This document shows positions 1 to 9,744 of a DNA stretch of 60,814 bases, piece by piece. The stretch spans positions 1 through 60,814 of IMG/VR virus record IMGVR_UViG_3300032282_004007; one strand, 5' to 3'. Origin of the DNA: a virus (Duplodnaviria; Caudoviricetes). Every line of letters starts with the position of its first letter. The stretch's first letter is position 1. The notes beneath the pieces are model-generated. The model was not told the origin of the DNA. It was given only the letters and a program-made list of their open reading frames with translations, and ran no database searches. The position numbers and the translations under genes were made by a program.

Positions 1-1
1 A

Positions 2-304
2 CAAGTAGGAACAGCACAAGCAAACAACGTTGCAATTAGTGGTTCAACATACGATTTTTATATAGGTGCTGATGGTTTATCTTCTGGGGACGGATTCCCA
101 GGTAAAATCACTAACTTCCGTTGGACAAATTCAGCGGTATATACTGGAAACTTTACAAAACCAAGTTCTCCGTTAGCCGTTTTACCTCAAACTAAGTTAT
201 TACTATTAGGAGGTTCACCAACAAACCCAGTTGTGGATTCAACAGGAATTAATATATTAACTAACTTTAACACAACCTGGGGTTCAGAAACGCCATTTAG
301 TTAA
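2..304 (+). CDS. 3' end of LamG/concanavalin-like domain protein (partial, truncated by window)
   Basis: Manual translation of frame +2: ...YDFYIGADG...FPGKITNFRWTNSAVYTGNFTKPSSPL...TKLLLL...ETPFS*, typical of the C-terminus of phage LamG domains. Confidence 0.7.
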   Translation, partial: QVGTAQANNVAISGSTYDFYIGADGLSSGDGFPGKITNFRWTNSAVYTGNFTKPSSPLAVLPQTKLLLLGGSPTNPVVDSTGINILTNFNTTWGSETPFS

Positions 305-326
305 AAAATATTTTTTTAAATTAATC

Positions 327-357
327 AACCCGGATTTTTTAATTCGGGTTTTTTTTT
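327..357 (+). terminator. Rho-independent terminator
   Basis: AACCCGGA...TTCGGGTT stem followed by a T-run. Confidence 0.75.
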
Positions 358-401
358 GTATATTAGTTATCTAACAAATTTATTAATTAAAAACTACAGT
401 T

Positions 402-1238
402 ATGTCAGACAGTTTAGCCGCGGTATTATCGCAGTACGAAAAAAACAAACAATCATCGTTACCAGTTAATAAGGTAACATCGGAAGAAAGATTAAAAAAG
501 TATTTTGCTCCAATCTTAACTAAAGGGCAAACATCAGGTCAAAGAAGAATTAGAATCCTACCAATGAAGGATGGAAGTTCACCATTCAAAGAGGTTTGGT
601 TCCATGAGATTCAAGTTGACGGAAAATGGGTTAAGTTATATGATCCAGGAAAAAATGAAGGTAAAAGATCCCCATTAAACGAAGTAAATCAAACACTTAG
701 AAGCACTGGTTTAGAATCAGACAAAGAGTTGGCTAAGAATTATAACCCTAAAAAATTCTTTATCGTTAAGGTTATTGATCGCGATAATGAACAAGACGGA
801 GTTAAGTTTTGGAGATTCAAATATAACTCTAAGGGTGATGGTGTTTTCGATAAAATCTATTCTGTTATTAACTTAAAAGGTAATATCATGGATGAAGAGA
901 AAGGCCGTGATTTAATCATCTCTCTTAGTTTAACAAAAAAACCAAATGGCGGTGAGTACACAAACATTACATCAATTATTCCTGATGATATGTCACCATT
1001 ACATACTGATGCAGAAAAAGCAGGTGAGTGGGTTAACGATGCTTTAACATGGGCAGATGTTTATTCTAAAAAACCAGAAGAATATCTAGAAGGTGTTGCA
1101 AAAGGTTACACACCAAAATGGAATTCAGATACAAAAAAATGGAGTTATGGCGAAGAAGCACAAACAGAGTTTGCGCCAATCGTACCAACAATGGATCCAC
1201 AAAGTGAAGATGATGTAGACGAAGATCTACCGTTCTAA
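402..1238 (+). CDS. T4 gp32-like single-stranded DNA-binding protein
   Basis: RIRILP...PFKEVWFH, GVKFWRF, KGRDLII motifs; acidic tail DDVDEDLPF; first gene of replication cluster. Confidence 0.8.
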   Translation: MSDSLAAVLSQYEKNKQSSLPVNKVTSEERLKKYFAPILTKGQTSGQRRIRILPMKDGSSPFKEVWFHEIQVDGKWVKLYDPGKNEGKRSPLNEVNQTLRSTGLESDKELAKNYNPKKFFIVKVIDRDNEQDGVKFWRFKYNSKGDGVFDKIYSVINLKGNIMDEEKGRDLIISLSLTKKPNGGEYTNITSIIPDDMSPLHTDAEKAGEWVNDALTWADVYSKKPEEYLEGVAKGYTPKWNSDTKKWSYGEEAQTEFAPIVPTMDPQSEDDVDEDLPF

Positions 1239-1246
1239 TTAAACAT

Positions 1247-1286
1247 ATCATGTATGGTATCTTATATGGTACCATACATGATTTTT
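1247..1286 (+). other. Perfect 13-bp inverted repeat (hairpin, possible terminator or processing site)
   Basis: ATCATGTATGGTA (1247-1259) / TACCATACATGAT (1270-1282), then TTTT. Confidence 0.7.
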
Positions 1287-1298
1287 AAAAAAAAATAT

Positions 1299-2273
1299 AT
1301 GGCAGCGATTAAAAAAAATAGTTTTGAATCAATAAGAAAAAAGTTCTCTAAAGAGGCAGAATATAAACCAGAAAGATTTCTTGATTTGGGTGATGCATTC
1401 TTAGACGCTAGTGGTATTCCAGGTCCGGCTATTGGACATTTAAATATGCTTCTTGGTCACTCAGATACTGGTAAGACAACGGCATTAGTTAAATCTGCTG
1501 TTGACGCACAAAAGAAAGGTATGTTGCCAGTTCTTATTATTACAGAACAAAAATGGAATTGGGAACACGCAGAATTAATGGGTTTTGATCGTTCAGAAGA
1601 TTTTTATTTATTTAATAGTGATTTTGAATATATTGAACAAATTACAGATTATATCAATGAGTTATTGGACGCACAAGAAAAGGGTGAATTACCATACGAT
1701 TTACTTTTCCTTTGGGATTCCGTTGGTTCAGTACCATGCAAGATGACTTATGAAGGTAAGGGTGGAGCACAACACAACGCTAGAATTTTATCAGACAAAA
1801 TTGGTCAAGGATTAAACCAAAGAATCTCTGGCTCTCGTAGAACAGATAAAAAATATACAAATACTTTAGTTATTGTTAACCAACCTTGGGTTGAATTGCC
1901 AGATAACCCATATGGTCAACCAAAAATTAAAGCAAAAGGTGGTGAAGCGATTTGGTTAAACTCAACATTAGTATTTCGTTTTGGAAATGAAAAAAACGCT
2001 GGAACAACAAAGATAGCAATCCAAAAAGACGGAAGAAAAGTTAAGATTGCAACTAGAACTAAAATTTCTATCATGAAAAACCATGTTAATGGTTTAGGTT
2101 ATGAAGACGGTAGAATTATGGTTACGGCACATGGATTTATGGCCGCAAAAACAGAAACAGAAGAAAAGAAATCAATTGAAGAATACAAAAGAGACGCAGG
2201 TTCTTATATTAGTGAAAAACTAGGTGTTAATGTTGCTGACACGGGCGTAGAAGTGGTAACAGATGATGAATAA
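1299..2273 (+). CDS. uvsX: RecA/UvsX-like recombinase
   Basis: Walker A GHSDTGKT, Walker B LFLWDSVG, IVNQ and KGGEA motifs; start moved to ATG 1299 (MAAIKK), downstream of the hairpin. Confidence 0.88.
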   Translation: MAAIKKNSFESIRKKFSKEAEYKPERFLDLGDAFLDASGIPGPAIGHLNMLLGHSDTGKTTALVKSAVDAQKKGMLPVLIITEQKWNWEHAELMGFDRSEDFYLFNSDFEYIEQITDYINELLDAQEKGELPYDLLFLWDSVGSVPCKMTYEGKGGAQHNARILSDKIGQGLNQRISGSRRTDKKYTNTLVIVNQPWVELPDNPYGQPKIKAKGGEAIWLNSTLVFRFGNEKNAGTTKIAIQKDGRKVKIATRTKISIMKNHVNGLGYEDGRIMVTAHGFMAAKTETEEKKSIEEYKRDAGSYISEKLGVNVADTGVEVVTDDE

Positions 2274-2291
2274 TAATAATTTAATTTTTTA

Positions 2292-3305
2292 ATGTCCGTA
2301 TTACTTGTTGATGGAGACAATTTACTTACGATTGGTTTCTTTGGTGTTAAGAACTACTTTTATAAAGGCAAACACTTTGGAGGAATATATCATTTTCTCA
2401 ATACTCTTAGGAGATCATTTGAGACGTACCATTTAGACAAGATCTGTGTATTTTGGGATGGTGAAGATAGTGCTCTTTCTCGCAGACAAATATATCATTT
2501 ATATAAAGAAAATAGAAGATCGGACAAATGGACCGATGAAGCGGAAAGTTCTTACGATTACCAAAGAGTAAGAATTAAACAATATCTAGAAGAATTATAT
2601 GTTAGACAAGGTGAATACTCAAGATGTGAATCAGATGACTGTATCGCATACTATACACAAAATTCACCAAAAGAAAAAAAGGTAATATTTTCTTCTGATA
2701 GAGATTTAGCACAATTAGTTTCTAAAGACACACAATTATACAATCCATCACATAGTAAGTTATACAGTGTAGGTGATAATATTGAATACGATCATGAAAC
2801 AATCCTTATTGAAAACGTTAAATTAGTTAAAATTTTATGTGGGGACCCTTCGGATAATATTCATGGAATTAAAGGTATGGGAATTAAAAGATTGGTCAAT
2901 TATTTCCCTGAGATGAAAACTAGGCAACTAACATTAAGTGAAGTTAGAGAACAATTTAATGTGTTTTTTGAAAAAGATAAACACAACAAATCAATTCAAA
3001 ACTTATTAACCGGAGTAACTAAATTAGGTGTATTTGGTGATGAGTTTTTTGAAATTAACGAAAAGGTTGTTGACCTAACCGAACCAATATTAACTGACCT
3101 AGCAAAAGAACAAATTGACTTATTAATAAACGAAACATTAGATCCTGAAGGTAGATCCTATAAAAATACTATGAAAATGATGATGGAAGACGGAATGTTT
3201 ACCGCCTTACCAAAACAAGAGGACGCCTGGATAAATTTCCTTAACCCATTTTTAAGATTAACAAGGAAGGAAAAAAATAAAAAAATAATTAAATTTAAAA
3301 TCTAA
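2292..3305 (+). CDS. 5'-3' exonuclease / T4 RNase H-like flap nuclease
   Basis: LLVDGDN, VFWDG, YKENR, ESDDCIA, SSDRDLAQL, GDPSDNIHGIKGMG (H3TH) motifs. Confidence 0.92.
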   Translation: MSVLLVDGDNLLTIGFFGVKNYFYKGKHFGGIYHFLNTLRRSFETYHLDKICVFWDGEDSALSRRQIYHLYKENRRSDKWTDEAESSYDYQRVRIKQYLEELYVRQGEYSRCESDDCIAYYTQNSPKEKKVIFSSDRDLAQLVSKDTQLYNPSHSKLYSVGDNIEYDHETILIENVKLVKILCGDPSDNIHGIKGMGIKRLVNYFPEMKTRQLTLSEVREQFNVFFEKDKHNKSIQNLLTGVTKLGVFGDEFFEINEKVVDLTEPILTDLAKEQIDLLINETLDPEGRSYKNTMKMMMEDGMFTALPKQEDAWINFLNPFLRLTRKEKNKKIIKFKI

Positions 3306-3309
3306 ACAA

Positions 3310-3753
3310 ATGAACATCCAAGAACAAAACAAATTTGAATTCTTACTAACATTAGACAACAACATTATTTGTCAACGTTTTTTCAACGTAAGAGATTATA
3401 ACCCCCAAAGTAGACGATCTTTGGACCTTCACTATCTAGTAAAAGAAATTTGTGAAGAAATTGGTCAAGATCTGAAAATAAAAAGTTCCAATTATTTGGT
3501 TGAAAATCAAAACTATGTTTTGAATTCAGCGAATGTGGAAGAACAGTCATCGAATGAAGAACAACATTTTTTACTTCAAATCAAACAAAACGATGATGTA
3601 TTTATAGAAAGAATATTCTTGGCTAGTGTGTTTCACCCAAAAGTGAGATATTCTGTCGACATTAGACCAAAACTTAGAAGAATTTTGGCGGATCTGACTG
3701 AAACTATGTCAAGAGATGAGTTGGAAACAACTTATCTTCAATATGAACTATAA
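3310..3753 (+). CDS. hypothetical protein (replication cluster)
   Basis: 147-aa ORF tightly packed between exonuclease and helicase. Confidence 0.7.
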   Translation: MNIQEQNKFEFLLTLDNNIICQRFFNVRDYNPQSRRSLDLHYLVKEICEEIGQDLKIKSSNYLVENQNYVLNSANVEEQSSNEEQHFLLQIKQNDDVFIERIFLASVFHPKVRYSVDIRPKLRRILADLTETMSRDELETTYLQYEL

Positions 3754-3785
3754 AATATTAGTTAATTTTCGAAACAACAATAAAC

Positions 3786-5159
3786 ATGAAAGAAAAAAAT
3801 TTTGGGTATCTAGGTCAGAGTTTCCAACTATCACTACTAAAAACAATAATTGAAGATAAAAAATTTGGCGAATCAATTGTAGATGTAATTGATAGTCATT
3901 ATTTCGACGGAGGTTATTTTAGAACTGTAATGCAATACATAAAAGAAATGCATACACAGTTTAATATTATTCCATCATATGAAGCGTTAAGAACAAGAGT
4001 ACTTGCTGAAGAAACAAAAGAAGGTAGTAATAAAGTTATAATTGACACAATTGGTAATATCCAAAATCACGACCTACACGATCAGTTACATTACCAAAAT
4101 CAGGCACTTAATTTCTGTAAACAACAGGTATTAAAAAAGGCCATAAAAGAGATTGAAGCAATAAACACAGAAGGTGCGTTTGAACAATATAAACTTATTG
4201 AGGGTATCATTCAAAAGGCATTGCAAGTAGGTGTTAATAGTAATGACGCAACAGATGTTTTTGAAGATATTAAATCAGCATTAGAAAAAGATAATAGGCA
4301 CCCAATACCAACAGGTATCAATGGAATTGATAATTTACTTGACGGAGGATTAGGTAGAGGAGAATTAGGTGTTATATTAGCACCAACAGGCACTGGTAAA
4401 ACAACTGTTTTAACAAAAATCGCCAATGAAGCACATAGATGTGGTAAAAATGTTGTTCAAATATTTTTTGAAGATAATATAAACAACATTAAAAGAAAAC
4501 ATTTTACAATTTGGTCAAACATATCTGCAAATAATCAAGCAGATGATGCAGAAAAAGTAGAAGAACTAGTCATTAAGGCACAAAGTGAATCAAAAGGTCA
4601 CCTTAAGTTATTAAAATTGCCAAGCGATTCTGTTACCATGAGTGAAATCAAATCTAAATTAAGAAAAATGATTGCTGATGGTTTTAAAATCGACGTTTTA
4701 ACATTAGATTATATCGATTGTGTATCACCAGAGAGAGCATCATATGGTGAAGAATGGAAAGGCGAAGGTTCTATTATGAGACAACTAGAGGCAATGACGT
4801 CAGAATTTGATATTGCTATATGGACAGCAACACAAGGTAACAGAGAATCTATTTCGTCTGAAGTTGTAACAACAGATCAAATGGGTGGATCAATTAAGAA
4901 AGCACAAATCGGACACGTTGTCATATCTATTGGTAAAACATTAGATCAGAAAGAACACAATCTTGCAACATTAACTTTATTAAAGTCAAGAATTGGTAGA
5001 GATGGTGTAATATTTGGTAACTGTCATTTTAACAATGAATATCTAACAATTAATACTGACAAGACCACAACATTATTAGGTTTTGAGGAAGAAAAAGTAG
5101 AAAAAAACCTACAAAGAGTTAGACAAGTGATGGACAGAAAAGAGACAAGAAAAGTATAA
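3786..5159 (+). CDS. DnaB/gp41-like replicative helicase
   Basis: IPTGINGIDNLLDGGLGRGEL, Walker A APTGTGKT, LDYID, WTATQGNR, KSRIG. Confidence 0.93.
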   Translation: MKEKNFGYLGQSFQLSLLKTIIEDKKFGESIVDVIDSHYFDGGYFRTVMQYIKEMHTQFNIIPSYEALRTRVLAEETKEGSNKVIIDTIGNIQNHDLHDQLHYQNQALNFCKQQVLKKAIKEIEAINTEGAFEQYKLIEGIIQKALQVGVNSNDATDVFEDIKSALEKDNRHPIPTGINGIDNLLDGGLGRGELGVILAPTGTGKTTVLTKIANEAHRCGKNVVQIFFEDNINNIKRKHFTIWSNISANNQADDAEKVEELVIKAQSESKGHLKLLKLPSDSVTMSEIKSKLRKMIADGFKIDVLTLDYIDCVSPERASYGEEWKGEGSIMRQLEAMTSEFDIAIWTATQGNRESISSEVVTTDQMGGSIKKAQIGHVVISIGKTLDQKEHNLATLTLLKSRIGRDGVIFGNCHFNNEYLTINTDKTTTLLGFEEEKVEKNLQRVRQVMDRKETRKV

Positions 5160-5282
5160 AAAATAATTTTTTTTTATCCTTGGATTTTAACAAATATATA
5201 TGCTATTTATTTTTACCTCTTTCAAAAAACAGCGCTGAAACCGGAGGATATAATTACTAAAAACGATAAAAAAAAAGAACAC

Positions 5283-7193
5283 ATGGATTTTAAAGAAATT
5301 GAAGTCCCCTGGGGGGAGATTGGCTACATTACATTTAAGAGAACGTACGCTAGAAGAGTTAAAGAAGAGGACGCAAATTCCAAAACAGAGGAATTTTGGC
5401 AAGTAATCCAAAGAGAATTGGATTCATCAGAAAAACAATTAAAAGTTGGTTTTACTGAGCAAGAGAAAAAAAGGTATGCTGAACTTAGAATGAAACTTAA
5501 GTTTTCAACAGCAGGTCGTTTTATGTGGCAATTAGGAACAAAAACAGTTGATAAATTAGGTTTACCATCATTGCAAAACTGTGCTTTCGTTGTCGTTAAT
5601 AACCCAATTAGACCATTTACCTGGTGTTTTGAAATGTTGATGTTAGGTAGCGGTGTGGGTTATAATATCCAAAAACATAATGTATATCAATTACCCAAAC
5701 TAAAGGGTAAAATAAAGATAGAAAGAAAGGATACCGGTGACGCTGACTACATTGTACCAGACACTAGAGAAGGGTGGGTTAAATTGCTTGGGAAGGTCCT
5801 TAAAGCGCATTTCTATAGCGGACAAGGATTCACTTACTCCACGATTTGTATTCGTTCTAAAGGCGCCCCAATCAAAGGATTTGGAGGAACAGCATCAGGA
5901 CCAGAAGATTTATGTTGGGGTATTGGTGAAATCCATAGAATTTTAAATTCTAGAGCCAATAAAAAATTAAAACCAGTTGATTGTTTAGATATTATGAATA
6001 TCATTGGATCAGTGGTGGTTGCTGGTAACGTTCGTCGTTCAGCGCAAATTGCTATTGGAGATTATGATGATTTAGAATTTCTTAAGTCAAAAAGATGGGA
6101 TTTAGGACAAATACCTAACTGGAGAGCAATGAGTAATAATTCAGTTGTTGCACCAGAAGATATGGATGATTTACCTAATGAGTTCTGGGAGACGTATAAC
6201 CAAGGCGAACCATATGGTTTAATTAATTTAGAATTATCAAGAACAGTTGGTAGAACAGGTGAAACACAATATCCAGATCCAGATGTCGAAGGTTTCAACC
6301 CATGTGCTGAACAATCGTTGGTTAACTTTGAAACATGTTGTTTGGCTGAAGTTTACTTACCAAATATTGAATCTTATGATGAATTACTAGAAGCAATAAC
6401 ATATGCTTACAGAATGAATAAGCATTCATTAGCCCTTCATTGTTCATTAAAAGAAACTGAAGATATTGTAAACAAAAACATGAGAATGGGTATCGGTATG
6501 ACTGGTATTTTACAAGCAACAGAAGAACAAAGAAGTTGGTTAAAAGAAGCATATGTTTGGTTAAGAAACTACGATGAGTGGTATTCAGGTGAACATGGAT
6601 TTCCTAAGAGTATTAAATTAACTACGGTTAAACCTAGTGGAACATTAAGTTTACTTGCTGGTGTTACACCTGGCGTTCATCCTAACCCTGCAGGCCCCTA
6701 TTATATTAGGAGAGTAAGAATTTCATCACATTCACCTTTGGTTGACGTTTGTAGAAAACACGGTTATCCAATTGAATACCAAAGAAAATTTGATGGTTCT
6801 GAAGATAAAACAACAATGGTTATTTCATTCCCTTGTAGGTTACCAGAAACTACTCCAGTTGCGGCCGACTTTGATTGGAGAACGCAGATGGATATGGTAA
6901 GAAGAATGCAATCAGAGTGGTCAGATAATTCAGTTAGTTGTACTGTTTATTATAGAAAAGAGGATTTAGAAGACATTAAACAATATCTTAAAGATCATTT
7001 TAGACATGAAATGAAAACAGTATCCTTCCTTTTATATCACGGACACGGTTTTGACCAAGCACCATACGAAACGATTAATAAAGATGAATATGACGCTATG
7101 GTTAGTAAAACAATACCAATTACCTCTGTTGAAATAAAAGAAGATGATATGGAATTACAAGATTGTGCGACAGGAGCGTGCCCAATTAAGTAA
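5283..7193 (+). CDS. nrdJ: Class II (adenosylcobalamin-dependent) monomeric ribonucleotide reductase
   Basis: RTYAR, LQNCAF, VVAGNVRRSA, NPCAEQSL, TTVKPSGT, C-terminal redox pair CATGACPIK. Confidence 0.93.
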   Translation: MDFKEIEVPWGEIGYITFKRTYARRVKEEDANSKTEEFWQVIQRELDSSEKQLKVGFTEQEKKRYAELRMKLKFSTAGRFMWQLGTKTVDKLGLPSLQNCAFVVVNNPIRPFTWCFEMLMLGSGVGYNIQKHNVYQLPKLKGKIKIERKDTGDADYIVPDTREGWVKLLGKVLKAHFYSGQGFTYSTICIRSKGAPIKGFGGTASGPEDLCWGIGEIHRILNSRANKKLKPVDCLDIMNIIGSVVVAGNVRRSAQIAIGDYDDLEFLKSKRWDLGQIPNWRAMSNNSVVAPEDMDDLPNEFWETYNQGEPYGLINLELSRTVGRTGETQYPDPDVEGFNPCAEQSLVNFETCCLAEVYLPNIESYDELLEAITYAYRMNKHSLALHCSLKETEDIVNKNMRMGIGMTGILQATEEQRSWLKEAYVWLRNYDEWYSGEHGFPKSIKLTTVKPSGTLSLLAGVTPGVHPNPAGPYYIRRVRISSHSPLVDVCRKHGYPIEYQRKFDGSEDKTTMVISFPCRLPETTPVAADFDWRTQMDMVRRMQSEWSDNSVSCTVYYRKEDLEDIKQYLKDHFRHEMKTVSFLLYHGHGFDQAPYETINKDEYDAMVSKTIPITSVEIKEDDMELQDCATGACPIK

Positions 7194-7194
7194 A

Positions 7195-7269
7195 ATGAAA
7201 CATGATAATATGGTCCAAAATATTGTTAATTCAATTTATTTTAACATAAAAGGAAATAGATTAAGATGA
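7195..7269 (+). CDS. possible 24-aa micro-ORF (MKHDNMVQNIVNSIYFNIKGNRLR)
   Basis: ATG 1 nt after the nrdJ stop; no other support. Confidence 0.3.
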   Translation: MKHDNMVQNIVNSIYFNIKGNRLR

Positions 7270-7335
7270 CTCCCTAAAGTCAAGGTATCCTTGAGCATCT
7301 TAGATTAGGTTATACAGGAGTTGAAACCCTAGTCA
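7267..7335 (+). ncRNA. candidate structured RNA element downstream of nrdJ
   Basis: GC-richer intergenic island with TGACT/AGTCA closing stem, TCAAGG-tat-CCTTGA hairpin, and alternative GACTCC/GGAGTT pairing. Confidence 0.3.
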
Positions 7336-7337
7336 CT

Positions 7338-7363
7338 AATCCGGACATTTGTTCGGATTTTTT
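7338..7363 (+). terminator. Rho-independent terminator ending the replication/RNR operon
   Basis: AATCCGGAC-attt-GTTCGGATT followed by T-run. Confidence 0.75.
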
Positions 7364-7389
7364 ATTTAATACCATTTTATCATTCATTA

Positions 7390-7396
7390 TATTTAT
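7390..7396 (+). promoter_or_regulatory. TATTTAT putative late promoter (representative copy)
   Basis: Same 7-mer recurs upstream of most structural gene starts (e.g. 9732, 17359, 26948, 29890, 48384, 55018, 55792, 58274). Confidence 0.65.
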
Positions 7397-7400
7397 TTGT

Positions 7401-7853
7401 ATGGCTACATCGTATGGAGTTGATTTCCCATTTAGGGATAGTTTAATGGGTGATTATGTTAGATTGACTAGAACTCAAGATGAGGAGATTAGGGCTAATC
7501 TAATACATTTATTATTAACCAAAAAAGGTACTAGATATTTTTTACCTGATTTTGGAACTAGATTATATGAATACATTTTTGATCAAAATGACGTAGTTAC
7601 ATTTTCACATATTGAGGATGAAATCAGAGAATCAGTAAAAAAATATATACCTAAATTAGACATAAACTCAATAAAAGTGGTTAACGCTGAAGAAGATCCA
7701 GATACCGGAACAAGTATTAGTGAAGACGAAGACGCTAGATTATTTAGAGCATCTAGTGCATCAACTAAACCATACACTGCTAAGGTTAGAATTGATTATA
7801 CGGTTAATAATGGAACATTTGGAACTAGCGATTTTGTAATTATCAATATATAA
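7401..7853 (+). CDS. Baseplate gp25/GPW-like protein
   Basis: GVDFPF, IRANLIHLLLTKKGTRYFLPDFGTRLYEYIFD motif. Confidence 0.9.
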   Translation: MATSYGVDFPFRDSLMGDYVRLTRTQDEEIRANLIHLLLTKKGTRYFLPDFGTRLYEYIFDQNDVVTFSHIEDEIRESVKKYIPKLDINSIKVVNAEEDPDTGTSISEDEDARLFRASSASTKPYTAKVRIDYTVNNGTFGTSDFVIINI

Positions 7854-7854
7854 A

Positions 7855-9687
7855 ATGAGTAAAAAAATATCATACACCAACAGGGATTTTGCTGGAATAA
7901 GAGAAGAATTAGTAAACCTAACAAAAGATTATTACCCAGATATTGTCCAAAATACAAATGACGCTTCAATTTTTTCTGTGTCATTGGATTTAAATGCCGC
8001 TGTTGCGGATAACTTACATTATCATATTGATAGAGTATGGCAAGAAACTATGTTGGATTTTGCACAACAGAAACAATCTTTATTTCATATCGCTAAAACA
8101 TATGGAATTAGAGTACCTGGTTTAAGACCATCTGTTGCTTTATGTGATTTTAGTATTAATGTTCCAGTTAGAGGTGATAAAGATGACGACAGATATGAAG
8201 GTATATTAAGATCTGGCGCACAAATATCAGGAGGAGGCCAAGTATTTGAAACTATCGATGATATCGACTTTTCAAACCCATTTAATAACAGAGGAGAACC
8301 AAATAGATTAAAGATTCCAAACTTTGATGCTAATAACAAACTTCTTTCTTATACAATAACAAAAAGAGAGGCGGTAGTTAATGGCGTTACAAGAATTTTT
8401 AGAAGAACAATATCAACTAGAGACCAAAAACCATTTTTAAAATTCTATTTGCCCGAAAAAAATATATTAGGTATAACATCTGTTATCCATAAAGAAGGCA
8501 CATCATTTGGTGCTAACCCTAATGCTAGTGAATTTATAAATTCCGATAATAAATGGTATGAAGTAAAATCATTAGTTCAAGATAAAGTTTTTATTAAAGA
8601 CCCAACATCGGTCTCAGATAGAAAAAACTTTAGTGCTGGAACATATCTTAAAGTTTCAAATAAGTTTATATCTGAGTACACCCCAGAAGGATACTTATCA
8701 GTAACTTTCGGTTCAGGTAATGTTGATCCGTTAGATAATTTAGACAACTACGTTACCGGAACATTAAAAGTTACATTAGGAACATATTTAAATAACCTTT
8801 CTTTAGGTAATATACCTAAAGCAAATACAACGCTTTTCGTAAAATACAGAGTTGGTGGTGGAAAATCAACTAACTTAGGTATTGGTGTCATTAATACAGT
8901 TGAGAATGTTGAATTTATTTTAACTGGCCCACAATCAAATGTTAATAACCAAGTTCAACAATCACTACAAGTAACAAATATAACTCCTGCTGTAGGTGGG
9001 GCTGACCAACCAACTATAGAAGAATTAAGAAATATGATAGCATATAATTTTGCTGCTCAAAATAGAGCGGTAACATTAAATGACTACAAATCATTAATTG
9101 AAAACATGCCATCAACTTATGGAGCACCGGCAAAGGTTAACGTAATGGAAGAAGACAATAAAGTTAGAATTAAACTTCTTTCATACGACGAGAATGGTAA
9201 TCTAATAGATACGGTTTCTAATACACTGAGAACCAATATATTAAATTATCTATCAGAATTCAGAATGATCAATGATTATCTAGACATTGTTAGTGGTGAG
9301 GTAATTGATTTAGGTTTAGAAGTTGATTTAATCGTAGATAAGAATCAGAATCAATCAGAAATCGTTAAAGATTCGGTTAGCACTATTACCGATTATTTTT
9401 TAGTTGAAAAAAGAAAGATGGGCGATCCTCTTTTTGTTGGTGAATTAAAGAAAGCAATAACAGATGTCTCTGGAATAGTTCAAGTTATCGATGTAAGAGT
9501 TTTTGGTAAAACAGGTGGTGAATATTCAACATCTGAAGTTGCACAAGATTATAAAAATACAGCAACAAAAGAAATACTTCAAAGTGATATGACTGTATAT
9601 ATGAAAGCCAATCAAATCTTTCAAATAAGATTCCCAAATAAAGATATCAAAATAAGGGTTAAAACTCTGGGTTCCACTACATACTAA
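7855..9687 (+). CDS. Baseplate wedge subunit (T4 gp6 / baseplate J-like)
   Basis: YTNRDF, VTFGSG, YRVGGG, AVGGADQPTIEELR, AQNRAVTLNDY motifs. Confidence 0.9.
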   Translation: MSKKISYTNRDFAGIREELVNLTKDYYPDIVQNTNDASIFSVSLDLNAAVADNLHYHIDRVWQETMLDFAQQKQSLFHIAKTYGIRVPGLRPSVALCDFSINVPVRGDKDDDRYEGILRSGAQISGGGQVFETIDDIDFSNPFNNRGEPNRLKIPNFDANNKLLSYTITKREAVVNGVTRIFRRTISTRDQKPFLKFYLPEKNILGITSVIHKEGTSFGANPNASEFINSDNKWYEVKSLVQDKVFIKDPTSVSDRKNFSAGTYLKVSNKFISEYTPEGYLSVTFGSGNVDPLDNLDNYVTGTLKVTLGTYLNNLSLGNIPKANTTLFVKYRVGGGKSTNLGIGVINTVENVEFILTGPQSNVNNQVQQSLQVTNITPAVGGADQPTIEELRNMIAYNFAAQNRAVTLNDYKSLIENMPSTYGAPAKVNVMEEDNKVRIKLLSYDENGNLIDTVSNTLRTNILNYLSEFRMINDYLDIVSGEVIDLGLEVDLIVDKNQNQSEIVKDSVSTITDYFLVEKRKMGDPLFVGELKKAITDVSGIVQVIDVRVFGKTGGEYSTSEVAQDYKNTATKEILQSDMTVYMKANQIFQIRFPNKDIKIRVKTLGSTTY

Positions 9688-9744
9688 GATAATTTTTGTG
9701 TATATTCTCCTTTAGAAATTCGGCGAGTTTCTATTTATATTAGT

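Noticed and set aside
5160-5282. Cobalamin riboswitch or NrdR box upstream of nrdJ
   Set aside because: Leader is short and A/T-rich with no B12-box; the NrdR-like match is too weak to call.
3786-7193. Inteins or introns in helicase and nrdJ
   Set aside because: Both have normal lengths with contiguous motifs.
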